Origin: a plasmid | Sequence record: NZ_CP024426.1 | Length of the DNA: 64,000 nt | Direction: 5' to 3' (one strand) | Shown: one piece after another, positions 47,839 to 57,416 of the stretch | How the letters are laid out: every line of letters begins with the position of its first letter | Numbering within the stretch: position 1 is the stretch's first letter | Notes under the pieces: generated by a model | What the model was told of the DNA's origin: nothing | Database searches by the model: none | What the model saw: only the letters and a program-made list of their open reading frames with translations | Translations under genes and position numbers: made by a program

Positions 47839-48980
47839 AGCGACGCCCCCAGCCGCTCGGGCAGGCACGGCAGCGCGCGGCGGATCGGCACCGGAGGCTT
47901 GCCCATCAGGATGCGGGCCTTGTCGGGCAGCGTGCTGCGCCCGGCATAGAACCGCTCGATCAACCCCTCGGGCAGGCGGTAGAACCGCGCCATGACCGCG
48001 CGGCGCCCCTCGGGCTCGGCCGCCAGAAACAGCATCCGGGCCAGCATCCGGTAGAACCCCTGCGCCCGGGCCAGGTCCAGCGAGTCGCGGCGCAGCGCTT
48101 GGGCCAGGGCGCGCGGGCCTTGCCGCCAGCGGTCGTGGACGATTTCGGCGCTGCGCACGGCGCAAGGCAGGCTATAGCCAGTCAGCGGGTGAAAGCGCCC
48201 CGCCCGCAGCCCGATCACGGGCAGATCCGGGTCACGGTCCCGCCAGAAGGCGGGGGCGTCGAACCGCAATGCAATGGGCAGAACGCCGGTTTCCTCGCGC
48301 AGCACCTGCGCGACGGTCCAGCCCTGCACCGCCACATAGGCCGCGATGCCCTGGCGCAGGGTCTCGGCGGGCAGGGCGGCGGCGTCGGCGTAATGCGTCG
48401 CCTCGACCAGCAGGCGGTCGGGGGCAAAGGGCAGCAGATAGAAAAAGCGATAGCCGTCCTGCTGCGGCACGGTCGCGTCCATGATGACGGGCCGCGCCAG
48501 GCCGTGCGGGGCGGCCAGCCGCAACTCCTGGCCCAGGAACTTCTGGAACCGGATCTCCAGCGCGGGATGGGGCGCAAAGCCGCGCGCGTCGAGGGCGACC
48601 CGCGCCGCGATCCGCCGCCCGCAGGCCAGGGTGACGCCCTCGGGGTCGATCCGGGCGACTTCGCCCCGGACATGGGGCACGTCCGCCACCGCCTGCCCAA
48701 GGCTGTGGCTGTCAAGGCTGGCATAGCCCGCGCGCAGGCGGCGCCCGTAGCCGGGAAAGCGCACCTCCTGCCCCGGCCAGCGGCAGCGCAGGGCCGGAGC
48801 CAGCCAGGCCTGCGCATCGGCCGGGATGTCGCCCGCGTGAAAGGACCAGGTGTGCGCCGCGCGGGGGTCGGGCTTGCGGTCCACCAGCACCACCCGCGCC
48901 GTGCGCCCCAGCCGCAGCGCCGTCAGGGCGGCGGACAGGCCTGCCCCGGCGATGACGATATCGGCCTGATGATCCGGCAT
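47835..48980 (-). CDS. crtY: lycopene beta-cyclase
   Basis: FAD motif DIVIAGAGLSAALTALRL and CrtY family similarity. GGAGGG Shine-Dalgarno-like sequence before ATG 48980. Confidence 0.85.
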   Translation of the reverse strand: MPDHQADIVIAGAGLSAALTALRLGRTARVVLVDRKPDPRAAHTWSFHAGDIPADAQAWLAPALRCRWPGQEVRFPGYGRRLRAGYASLDSHSLGQAVADVPHVRGEVARIDPEGVTLACGRRIAARVALDARGFAPHPALEIRFQKFLGQELRLAAPHGLARPVIMDATVPQQDGYRFFYLLPFAPDRLLVEATHYADAAALPAETLRQGIAAYVAVQGWTVAQVLREETGVLPIALRFDAPAFWRDRDPDLPVIGLRAGRFHPLTGYSLPCAVRSAEIVHDRWRQGPRALAQALRRDSLDLARAQGFYRMLARMLFLAAEPEGRRAVMARFYRLPEGLIERFYAGRSTLPDKARILMGKPPVPIRRALPCLPERLGASL

Positions 48981-49099
48981 GTCCCTCCGCGCCCTCGGGC
49001 CCTTGTCGCGCCTGCGCGCGTCCTTGCCATGCCCAACGATGGCCGGCCTTTCCTGTTCCCGGCCCTGCGCCAATTCCTTTGCTGCCGGCCGGCAAAGGG

Positions 49100-50302
49100 T
49101 CAGCGGGATCCCGCAACCAGCGCCTCGACCAGGGGCACCGCGCCGGCGGCGCCGGGCGCCGTGGCTGCACGGGCGGCAAAGGGGCGCAGCCGCGCCCGCG
49201 GGCCGGGGTCGGCCAGCAGGGCCGCGACCGCCTGCGCGACAGGGCGGCGGCCGCGCTGCAACGGGCCCAGCACCGACCCGAGCCCGTGGTGGCGGATGCG
49301 CGCCGCGACCCCGGGCTGGTCGTAGGCCAGCGGCAGCGCCAGCATCGGGACGCCGGCGCCCAGGCATTCCAGCACCGTGTTCAGCCCGGCATGGGTCACG
49401 CACAGGTCGGCGCGTGCCAGGACGGCCCGCTGCGGCACGAAATCGCGCACCCAGTCGGCCGGGATCGCCGCCGCCTGTGCGCCGTCCAGGCAGCCGCCAT
49501 GCGACACCAGCACCTGCGCCCCGCACTCCCGGCAGGCTGCGGCGATCCGCGCCAGCACCCCCGCGCGCCGCCCCATGATCGTCCCCAGCGAGACATAGAC
49601 CAGAGGCCGGCCCGGGTCGGGGCGGATGTCGGGCGGAAAACCCTGCGCCGGGTCCGGCGGGGCGAAGGGGCCAAGCTCGGCGATGCGCCAGCCCACCGCG
49701 GGGCGGGGATAGTCAAAGCCCGGGATCATCTGCGCCAGCGTCAGGTGGGGCGACAGGCAGTCGGCCAAGCTGCGCAGGTCGCCCAGGCCCCATTCCCGGC
49801 TGATCCGGGCAACGACGCGATCCTGCGGGGCCATCAGCAGGCCCGCCACCGCCCCGGCCGCGCGCTGGCGTTTCAGCCCGCGCGCCGAAGGATCGTACGG
49901 CCAGGACAGGAAGGGCAGCGGCACGCCGGGCTCGGGGTCCATCGGCACCGCGCAGGCGACCGAGGCCAGCGGCACCCCCAGCGCCCGTGCGATCAGGCCC
50001 GAGGCGGGCTCCATCTGGTCGCCCAGCACCACGTCGACGCCCAGGGATCGCGCCATCGGCAGGCCGTCGCGGCACAGCCGTTCGGTCTGGCGCGCGCCGT
50101 GCCGGGCCAGCGCCAGCACGTTCCCCGGCGGCGGCGCCACCGAAGGGCCGGGCAGGGTCAACGCATCCAACCCCGGCATGGGCGGGCCTCCGGGCAGGAC
50201 CAGAAAACTGGCCCGGTGCCCCCGGTCCGTCCAGGCACGGGCCAGCGCCTGAAAGCCGCGCAGATGGCTGTAAAGCGGCAGGGTGACGAACAGCGCGTGC
50301 AT
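49100..50302 (-). CDS. crtX: zeaxanthin glucosyltransferase (UDP-glycosyltransferase, MGT family)
   Basis: N-terminal MHALFVTLPLYSHLRGFQALA and C-terminal THAGLNTVLECLGAGVPMLALPLAYDQP match the Pantoea CrtX / GT1 signature. 400 aa from the internal ATG. Confidence 0.8.
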   Translation of the reverse strand: MHALFVTLPLYSHLRGFQALARAWTDRGHRASFLVLPGGPPMPGLDALTLPGPSVAPPPGNVLALARHGARQTERLCRDGLPMARSLGVDVVLGDQMEPASGLIARALGVPLASVACAVPMDPEPGVPLPFLSWPYDPSARGLKRQRAAGAVAGLLMAPQDRVVARISREWGLGDLRSLADCLSPHLTLAQMIPGFDYPRPAVGWRIAELGPFAPPDPAQGFPPDIRPDPGRPLVYVSLGTIMGRRAGVLARIAAACRECGAQVLVSHGGCLDGAQAAAIPADWVRDFVPQRAVLARADLCVTHAGLNTVLECLGAGVPMLALPLAYDQPGVAARIRHHGLGSVLGPLQRGRRPVAQAVAALLADPGPRARLRPFAARAATAPGAAGAVPLVEALVAGSR

Positions 50303-50434
50303 CCGCCCCAACCCGCGCTGCGGCACAAGGGTTGCAGCCCGGCCGATGCGGCGCGGCGCCTGTCTAAATCGGCAGGTCCGGAACCGGCGCCGCGCGCTCG
50401 GGGTTCTCTCGCCAGTTTGGAATGGAGACAAGCC

Positions 50435-50911
50435 ATGCAGAACGCCTTCCTGTTTTCGGCCACGGCCGTCCTTCTGTCGGTGGGCGCGGCGACCGCGCAG
50501 ACCACCACGGTCGTGACCCCGGGCCAGCCGGTCGTCGTCACCCAGCCCCAGGTCACCCATGTCGAAACGACCGATCCCGCCACGACGGGCGGCGGCGCCA
50601 TGGGCGGTGCGACCACGGGCGCCGTGGCTGGCGCCGTTGTCGGCGGCCCGGTTGGTGCGGCGGTGGGCGGCATCGCGGGCGCCATCGTCGGCGACGCGAC
50701 CGAGGATGCCGTGACCCCCGAAACCCGCACCTATGTCCTGGAAAACAAGGTGCAATCCGTTACGCTGAGCGATGTCGCGGTGGGCAGTGCCCTGCCCGAG
50801 ACGGTGCCGGTCCAGCCGATCCCGAATTCGCAGTACCAGTACGTCTATGTCGACGACCAGCCGGTGATCGTCGAGCCGCAGACCCGCAAGGTGCTGTACA
50901 TCGTGAAATAG
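50435..50911 (+). CDS. secreted DUF1236-family protein
   Basis: Signal peptide (MQNAFLFSATAVLLSVGAATAQ), G/A-rich linker, and a C-terminal YQYVYVDDQPVIVEPQTRKVLYIV motif typical of DUF1236. GGAGACA Shine-Dalgarno-like sequence. Confidence 0.55.
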   Translation: MQNAFLFSATAVLLSVGAATAQTTTVVTPGQPVVVTQPQVTHVETTDPATTGGGAMGGATTGAVAGAVVGGPVGAAVGGIAGAIVGDATEDAVTPETRTYVLENKVQSVTLSDVAVGSALPETVPVQPIPNSQYQYVYVDDQPVIVEPQTRKVLYIVK

Positions 50912-51104
50912 GCCGACGCAGGTTTCCTGCGACACGGGGCAGGTCGGGCGCAATGCCGGCCTGCCCTTTTTCCTGGCGCCGCGTCGTCACGGAATTGAGA
51001 AAGATTAGTCATAATAGTCCCTTGCCGGCCGAATCCTCCTGCCCGATAATTGCGCGGAACCCCTTGCAGGTGTGCACCGCCTTGACCTTTCGCCTTGTCC
51101 ATAA

Positions 51105-51134
51105 GGCCGCCCGTCACAGGGCGGCCGCTTTTGC
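51105..51134 (+). terminator. putative intrinsic terminator (GC hairpin GGCCGCCC-gtcaca-GGGCGGCC followed by GCTTTT)
   Basis: Perfect 8-bp GC stem with a 6-nt loop followed by a T-run. Located between the DUF1236 gene and the helicase start. Confidence 0.35.
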
Positions 51135-51208
51135 GTCCGCCGGCGGCTTCCGCGACGGCGCCATGTCGCTGGGCCGGCCCTCTGCCTTTACGTCCGAAAG
51201 ACCCGACC

Positions 51209-54200
51209 ATGCTGGATGAAGACGCCCCCGTCACTCCGCCTGACGCCGTGGGGGTGCTGACCCTGCATGCGGTCCTGGCAGCCAAGGTGAACTTCGCCAG
51301 CGCCCAGAACGGCGTCGCCATCGTCAAGCAGCTCGGCATCGAAAATCCAGGGCCCGACCCGATCCGGGATGTGCGGCTGACGCTCTCGGCCAGTCCCGGC
51401 CTGCTGCGCGACAAGACCTGGGCCATCGACCGCATCGCCCCCGGCACCACGGTGCAGCTGGCCGATCTGGACACGCCCCTGGACACCGCCCTGCTGGGGG
51501 GCCTGGACGAGGCCGAATTCGGCCAGCTGGAATTCCGCCTGACCGCGCAGGACCTGCCCGAGACCACCTCGGCCCACCGGGTCGAGATGCTGGCCCGCGA
51601 CGAATGGGGGGGTCTGGCCGAAATGGACAACATCCTGGCGGCCTTCGTGTCGCCCAACCATCCCGCCGTCGCCCAGATCCTGAAAGAGGCGTCGCGCCTG
51701 CTTGAAGCCGGGGGCTATTCCGGCGCGCTGGACGGCTATCAGTCGGGCGATCCGCTGCGTGCGTGGATGCTGGCGGGCGCCATCTGGTCGGCGGCGACGG
51801 GCTTGGGTCTGTCCTATGCGGTGCCCCCCGCCTCGTTCGAGCAGGCAGGCCAGAAGATCCGCGACCCCGGCCGCGTCCTGGCCGAGGGGCTGGCGACCTG
51901 CCTGGACAGCACGCTGCTGCTGGCCGCCGCCTTCGAGGCCGCGGGGCTGAACACCGCCGTCCTGTTTTCCCAGGGCCATGCCTGGGCCGGGGTCTGGCTG
52001 CAGCGCAAGGACTTTGGCCGCCTGGTCGAACCCGACGTGGTGGCCGTGCGCAAGGCCGTGGCGGCGCGCGAATTCGTGCCGATGGAAACCACGCTGCTGA
52101 CGCGCCGCCCCGCCGTGGGCTTCGAGGAGGCCGTCGATGCCGGCCGCGACCGCCTGTCCGAGGCGCGCGAGGCCGAGTTCATCCAGGCCGTGGACATCAA
52201 CCGCGCCCGCGCCGCCCGCATCCGTCCCCTGGCCAGCCACCGCCCGCAGGACGAGGGGCCGGACGAGCCGGGCACCGCCACCCCCGCCGCCCTGCCCCGC
52301 CCGCTGGACCTGGGCCTCCTGCCGGGCGAGCTGGTGGACGAGACGCCCACCACCGCCATCGGCCGGATCGAGCGCTGGCAGCGCAAGCTGCTGGACCTGT
52401 CGCTGGCCAACCGGCTGCTGAACTTTCGCGAAACCCGCGGCGCGGTGCCGCTGATCTGCCCCGACATTTCGGGGACCGAGGACCGGCTGGCCCATGGCGA
52501 GGTCTTTCGCCTGCTCGCGCTCAAGGACGAACAGGCCGTAGGGGGGCGCGACTTGGCCCCCGAGGACGCGCGGCGGATCGAACTGGACCTGGCCCGCGAC
52601 GCCCTGTCGCGCGGCCAGATCGCGGTGCCGCTGACCGCGCGGGACATGGTCGACCGGCTGACCGAGCTTTACCGCAAGGCCCGCAGCGACCTGGCCGAGG
52701 GCGGCACCAACACGCTCTTCCTGGCCGTGGGTTTCCTGCGCTGGAAACGCCCCGGAGACGACAGCCGGACGCATCGCGCGCCCCTGCTGCTGCTGCCCGC
52801 CCGGCTGGACCGGCGCTCGGCCCAGTCCGAGTTCCGGCTGAGCCAGCTCGAGGACGAGGTGCGCATCAACGCCACCCTGCTGGAGATGCTCAAGCGCGAC
52901 TTCGAACTGCGCATCCCTGAACTCGAGGGAGAGCTGCCGCGCGACGACAGCGGGCTCGACATCGCGCGCCTGCTGGACATCCTGCGCCATCGGGTGCGCG
53001 ACGTGCCCGGCTTCGAGGTGGTCGAGGACTGCGCGCTGTCCACCTTTTCCTTTGCCAAATACCTGATGTGGAAAGACCTGGTGGACCGCACCGACAGCCT
53101 GCGCGAAAGCCGGCTGGTGGCCCATCTGGTCGACAGCCCGACCGAGGTCTTCGCGGGCGCGGCCGTGCCGATGCCGCACCCCCGCGACATCGACCGCAAG
53201 CATGCGCCGGGCGACCTGCTGGCGCCGCTGCCGGCCGACAGCTCGCAGCTTGCGGCGGTGCTGGCCGCGGCCGAGGGGCGCGACTTCGTACTGATCGGCC
53301 CGCCGGGCACCGGCAAAAGCCAGACCATCACCAACATCATCGCCGACCAGCTTGGCCGCGGCCGCACCGTGCTGTTCGTGGCCGAGAAATCGGCGGCGCT
53401 GGACGTGGTCCACCGTCGGCTGGAGCGCCACGGCCTGGGCCATGCGGTGCTGGAACTGCATTCCAGCAAGGCCGACCGCAAAAGCGTCCTGGCCCAGCTT
53501 GGCCGGTCCTGGGACCGCGCCAGCGCGGCCAATGCGCAGGACTGGGTCCGTGTGGCCGAGGATCTGCGCCTGACCCGAGACCAGCTGAACGCCTATGTCG
53601 ATGCGCTGCACCGTCCCAGCACCCAGGGCTTCAGCGTCTATCAGGCGATCGGCCGGGTCGCGGGCGGCACGCCGGGCTTTGCGCTGCGCTTCGACAACAA
53701 GGACTGCCACGATCAGGCCGGATTCCAGCGCCTGCGAACCCTGGCGGCCGATCTGGGCGCGCGCCACCGCATCGTGGCGGGACTTGACCCGCAGGGGCCG
53801 CTGTCGCTGCTGGACCGGGGCGAATGGTCCTTTGGCTGGCAGGACCGTTACCTGGACAGCGCCCGCGCCCTGCGGCGGGCCCGCGCCGCCGCGTCCGAGG
53901 CGGGGCAGGCGCTGGCCGCCCGCCTTGGCCTGACCGGGGCGGACGCCGCCCATCCCGACATTGCCGCGGCCCTGGTCTGGCTTGCCGCCCAGCGGCTGGA
54001 CCAGCCCGCCGTCGCGCCCGAGGCGCTGGCCCTGGCCGAGGCCGGCACCGGCACCGACGCCGCCTTGGCAGCGCTGACCGAGGCGCTGTCGCGCGCGGCC
54101 CAGGCTCGGGCGGCGCTGGCCGCCGACTACCCCGACGAAGGGCTGGCCGACATGCCGCTCGACGCGCTGGACCTGCAATGGCGCGAGGCGCAGGGCAAGT

Positions 54201-57115
54201 CCTGGCCCTTTGCGGGCATGGCGCAGAAAAAGCTGCGCCGGATCCTGCAAAGCTACGCCCGCTCGGGCGAGGCGGACCCGGCGCGCGACCTGCCCGCGCT
54301 GCGCCAGCTTCAGCGCGCCAGACGCGACATCGACGGGTCGGACCTGCGCGGGGTGCCGGGCTTTGCGCAGGAACGCTCGGACCCGGCCCGCATCCGGCAA
54401 GAGCTTGAGGCCGCGCAAGGCTTTCTGGGTCTGGAACGCCACCTGCGGGCGGCCGGACTGCCGGCGTCGGTCCTGGGCGCGCAGCGGGCGGAACTGGCCC
54501 GCGCCTCGGGCGGAGAGATGGCGGGCCTGCTGCGGGCGCTGCGCGACGCCGACCGCGCGACCGAAACGGCGCGCGCGGATTTCGCCGAGCTGGGCGGCGC
54601 CCTGCCCCCGCAGGCCGAGGCGCTGCTGGCCGATCTGGAACCCCTGCAGCACCATTTCAGCGACTGGCTGAAATGGCGCGCGTGTCGCGCCGAGGCCATC
54701 GCCGCCGGGCTGGAGCCGCTGGTCCGCGCCATCGAGGACGGCGCCGCGCTTGCCGACACCGCCTGCGCCTTCGAACAGGCCTACATGGCCTGGTGGCTGC
54801 GCCTGGCGATGGACGCCGAGCCCTGCCTGCGCGGCTTTGCCCATTGGGAGCACGACGCCCTGATCCGCCGGTTCCGCGACCTGGACGACACCTTGGCCAA
54901 CCTCGCCTCGGCCGAGGTGATGCGCCGCTTGGGCAACGACCTGCCCGCGCGTGACAGCGTCCCGCGCAATTCGGAACTGGGCATCCTGCGCCAGCAACTG
55001 GGGCTGCAGCGCCCCTCGCGCGCGATCCGCAGCCTGATCGCCGACATGCCGACGACCTTTGCCCGGCTTGCGCCCTGCGTGCTGATGTCGCCCCTGTCGG
55101 TCGCGCAATACCTGCCCGCGGGCCAGGCGCAGTTCGACCTGGTCATCTTTGACGAGGCCTCGCAGATCTCGACCTGGGATGCCATCGGCGCCATCGCCCG
55201 CGGCCGGCAGGCGATCATCGTGGGCGACCCCAGGCAGTTGCCGCCCACGAACTTCTTCGGGCGCAGCGACGAGGGCGTCGAGGAGGGTGCGGCCCTGGCC
55301 GACCATGAAAGGGACATGCCCTCGATCCTGGACGAGGCGGCGGCGGCGGGCATCCCGACCCACCGCCTGAACTGGCACTATCGCAGCCGGGACGAGGCGC
55401 TGATCGCCTTTTCCAACCACTTCTACTATGACGGGGGGCTTGTCACCTTCCCCTCGCCCGGCGGCGCGGGCGACGCGGTGCGGCTGCACAGGATCGCCGG
55501 CACCTATCAGCGCAGCAAGGGTGCGACCAACCCTGACGAGGCCCGCGCCATCGCGGCCTTCATCCGCAACCGCCTGACGGGCTGGCTGGCCCTGCCCGAA
55601 GCGGCGCGCCCGACGCTGGGGGTCATCACCTTCAACGCCCAGCAGCAGGGGCTGATCCTTGACCTGCTGGACGCCGAGCGCAAGGCCGACCCGGCCCTGG
55701 AATGGTTCTTCGCCGACGAGCGCGAGGAGCCCGTGATCGTCAAGAACCTGGAAAACATCCAGGGCGACGAACGCGACGTGATGCTGTTTTCCGTCACCTT
55801 CGGCCCCGACCAGGCCGGCAAGTTCACCATGAACTTCGGTGCGATGAACAAGGACGGGGGCGAGCGGCGGCTGAACGTGGCGGTGACGCGCGCCCGGGCG
55901 GAACTGCATGTCTTCGCCTCCTTCGGCGCTGACCAGATCGACCTGGGCCGCACCCGCGCGCGGGGCGTGGCCGATCTCAAGGCCTTCCTGGACTTTGCCG
56001 AACGCGGGCCGGTGGCGCTGGCCGCACAGGACAGCGGCTCGGTCGGTCCCGCCGAGTCCCCGTTCGAGGAGGCGGTCCGCGATGCCCTGGCCGCGAAGGG
56101 CTGGCAGGTGCAGACCCAGATCGGCGTCTCGGGCTTTCGCATCGACCTGGGCGTGCGCCATCCCGACCATGCCGGCGTCTGGCTGGCCGGGGTGGAATGC
56201 GACGGGGCACGCTATCATTCATCGGCCACGGCGCGCGACCGCGACCGCATCCGTCAGGCCGTGCTGGAGGGATTGGGCTGGTCCATCCTGCGCGTCTGGT
56301 CCACCGACTGGTTCCGCACCCCGCAGGCCACGGCAGACCGCATCGACACCCGGCTGCGCGAGATCCTGGAGGCCGACCGCGCCCGCCGGGCCGAGGCGGC
56401 GCCCGAGGTCGCGGTCGACCTGCCCGCCCAGCCCGACCTGCCCGCCCAGCCCGACCTGCCAGACCTGCCCGACCTGCCAGACCTTCCCGGCACGGATGAG
56501 GGCCCGGCCGACAGCGTGCCCGGACCGGACGCAGGCCACCCCGCGCCGCCCGCCGACGACGCGTTGCCCGCGACCGATGTCCCCCCTTTGTCCACGCCCC
56601 GGCCCGACCCCGAGCGGTTCTTCGACGCGGATTACACGGCGGACCTGCGGGCGATGATGCGGGACATCGTCGCGGCCGACGGACCCATGCCCGACGCAGC
56701 CCTGGCCCGCAGGATCGCCCAGGCGCATGGCTGGCAGCGGACGGGCGCGCGCATCCAGTCCCGCATCGCGGCGCTGCACGGCGACTTCGACCGGACCGAG
56801 GAAGCCGGGGTCCGCTTTCTGTGGACCCGCGGCGCCGTTCGCGACCGGCTGCCGTTTCGCGGTCTTGGCGAACGGGCGCTGCGCGAGGTGTCGCGGGCCG
56901 AGATCGCCGAGGTGGTGGACCGGAATGCCGACCGGATCGCCGCCGCCCCGGATCCCGACCTGGAGCTGGCGCGGCTGTTGGGCATCGCCCGGCTCAGCAA
57001 GGACGCGCGGGACTATCTGCGGGACTGCCGCGCCTGGCGCGACGAAACCACCCTGCCCCGGCCGGGCGGCACGTCAAAGGCCGGGATCAGCCCTGATAGC
57101 CTCGGCGGCGCTTGA
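51209..57115 (+). CDS. giant DUF4011 / Upf1-like SF1 helicase (AAA_11+AAA_12) / REase-like (DUF559) / DUF3320 protein
   Basis: Walker A LIGPPGTGKSQTI and motif II VIFDEASQ. Motifs V-VI QGDERDVMLFSVT and LNVAVTRAR. C-terminal Vsr/DUF559-like nuclease core (FRIDLGV...ECDGARYH...GWSILRVW) followed by a DUF3320-like tail. 1968 aa from ATG 51209. Confidence 0.75.
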   Translation: MLDEDAPVTPPDAVGVLTLHAVLAAKVNFASAQNGVAIVKQLGIENPGPDPIRDVRLTLSASPGLLRDKTWAIDRIAPGTTVQLADLDTPLDTALLGGLDEAEFGQLEFRLTAQDLPETTSAHRVEMLARDEWGGLAEMDNILAAFVSPNHPAVAQILKEASRLLEAGGYSGALDGYQSGDPLRAWMLAGAIWSAATGLGLSYAVPPASFEQAGQKIRDPGRVLAEGLATCLDSTLLLAAAFEAAGLNTAVLFSQGHAWAGVWLQRKDFGRLVEPDVVAVRKAVAAREFVPMETTLLTRRPAVGFEEAVDAGRDRLSEAREAEFIQAVDINRARAARIRPLASHRPQDEGPDEPGTATPAALPRPLDLGLLPGELVDETPTTAIGRIERWQRKLLDLSLANRLLNFRETRGAVPLICPDISGTEDRLAHGEVFRLLALKDEQAVGGRDLAPEDARRIELDLARDALSRGQIAVPLTARDMVDRLTELYRKARSDLAEGGTNTLFLAVGFLRWKRPGDDSRTHRAPLLLLPARLDRRSAQSEFRLSQLEDEVRINATLLEMLKRDFELRIPELEGELPRDDSGLDIARLLDILRHRVRDVPGFEVVEDCALSTFSFAKYLMWKDLVDRTDSLRESRLVAHLVDSPTEVFAGAAVPMPHPRDIDRKHAPGDLLAPLPADSSQLAAVLAAAEGRDFVLIGPPGTGKSQTITNIIADQLGRGRTVLFVAEKSAALDVVHRRLERHGLGHAVLELHSSKADRKSVLAQLGRSWDRASAANAQDWVRVAEDLRLTRDQLNAYVDALHRPSTQGFSVYQAIGRVAGGTPGFALRFDNKDCHDQAGFQRLRTLAADLGARHRIVAGLDPQGPLSLLDRGEWSFGWQDRYLDSARALRRARAAASEAGQALAARLGLTGADAAHPDIAAALVWLAAQRLDQPAVAPEALALAEAGTGTDAALAALTEALSRAAQARAALAADYPDEGLADMPLDALDLQWREAQGKSWPFAGMAQKKLRRILQSYARSGEADPARDLPALRQLQRARRDIDGSDLRGVPGFAQERSDPARIRQELEAAQGFLGLERHLRAAGLPASVLGAQRAELARASGGEMAGLLRALRDADRATETARADFAELGGALPPQAEALLADLEPLQHHFSDWLKWRACRAEAIAAGLEPLVRAIEDGAALADTACAFEQAYMAWWLRLAMDAEPCLRGFAHWEHDALIRRFRDLDDTLANLASAEVMRRLGNDLPARDSVPRNSELGILRQQLGLQRPSRAIRSLIADMPTTFARLAPCVLMSPLSVAQYLPAGQAQFDLVIFDEASQISTWDAIGAIARGRQAIIVGDPRQLPPTNFFGRSDEGVEEGAALADHERDMPSILDEAAAAGIPTHRLNWHYRSRDEALIAFSNHFYYDGGLVTFPSPGGAGDAVRLHRIAGTYQRSKGATNPDEARAIAAFIRNRLTGWLALPEAARPTLGVITFNAQQQGLILDLLDAERKADPALEWFFADEREEPVIVKNLENIQGDERDVMLFSVTFGPDQAGKFTMNFGAMNKDGGERRLNVAVTRARAELHVFASFGADQIDLGRTRARGVADLKAFLDFAERGPVALAAQDSGSVGPAESPFEEAVRDALAAKGWQVQTQIGVSGFRIDLGVRHPDHAGVWLAGVECDGARYHSSATARDRDRIRQAVLEGLGWSILRVWSTDWFRTPQATADRIDTRLREILEADRARRAEAAPEVAVDLPAQPDLPAQPDLPDLPDLPDLPGTDEGPADSVPGPDAGHPAPPADDALPATDVPPLSTPRPDPERFFDADYTADLRAMMRDIVAADGPMPDAALARRIAQAHGWQRTGARIQSRIAALHGDFDRTEEAGVRFLWTRGAVRDRLPFRGLGERALREVSRAEIAEVVDRNADRIAAAPDPDLELARLLGIARLSKDARDYLRDCRAWRDETTLPRPGGTSKAGISPDSLGGA
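56417..56488 (+). repeat. in-frame tandem repeat (2 x 18 bp + 4 x 9 bp) encoding a (DLPAQP)2(DLP)4 linker inside the helicase gene
   Basis: gacctgcccgcccagccc appears twice, followed by gacctgcca/gacctgccc/gacctgcca/gaccttccc. The encoded linker is proline-rich and low-complexity. Confidence 0.6.
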
Positions 57116-57377
57116 CGCGGGCCAGGCGCATCAGGGCGGTGATCGCCTCGCCCTCGTCGCGGTGGGGTTCGATCAGCATGTGGCCCCGGGTGCCGATGCG
57201 GCCCCATTCGCGGATCAGGCTGGTGCCGCCGAACAGGTCGCGCTCGACCCTCATGCGGTAATAGCGGTTCATGTTGCGTTCCGCGTCGCAGCGGCGCAAC
57301 CGAAGCTGGCGGGGAAAGACCTCGGCCTGGGGATCGTCGCAGTCTGACATGAGGATGCTGCCTGTTCCGCCGGCCAT
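57087..57377 (-). CDS. WGR-domain protein
   Basis: RYYRMRVERDLFGGTSLIREWGRIGTRG matches the WGR core. The start may be the internal ATG at 57350. Its 3' end overlaps the helicase 3' end by 29 nt (convergent). Confidence 0.6.
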   Translation of the reverse strand: MAGGTGSILMSDCDDPQAEVFPRQLRLRRCDAERNMNRYYRMRVERDLFGGTSLIREWGRIGTRGHMLIEPHRDEGEAITALMRLARVKRRRGYQG

Positions 57378-57416
57378 CCTAGCAGCGAACCGCCCGGGAC
57401 CAAGCGAAAACCGCGC

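Noticed and set aside
44028-50302. Presence of crtW (beta-carotene ketolase) in the carotenoid cluster
   Set aside because: No ORF in or around the cluster shows the CrtW His-box pattern. The gene flanking crtX encodes a DUF1236 secreted protein instead.
51188-56218. 1676-aa minus-strand ORF antisense to the helicase gene
   Set aside because: Low-complexity R/G/A/P-rich translation typical of antisense frames in about 68% GC DNA. No motifs and no Shine-Dalgarno-like sequence. The plus-strand helicase has clear conserved motifs.
56417-56488. Short tandem repeats as a CRISPR array or minisatellite locus
   Set aside because: The repeats are contiguous with no spacers. They are in frame inside a long CDS and encode a Pro-rich linker. 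No cas genes are present anywhere in the window.
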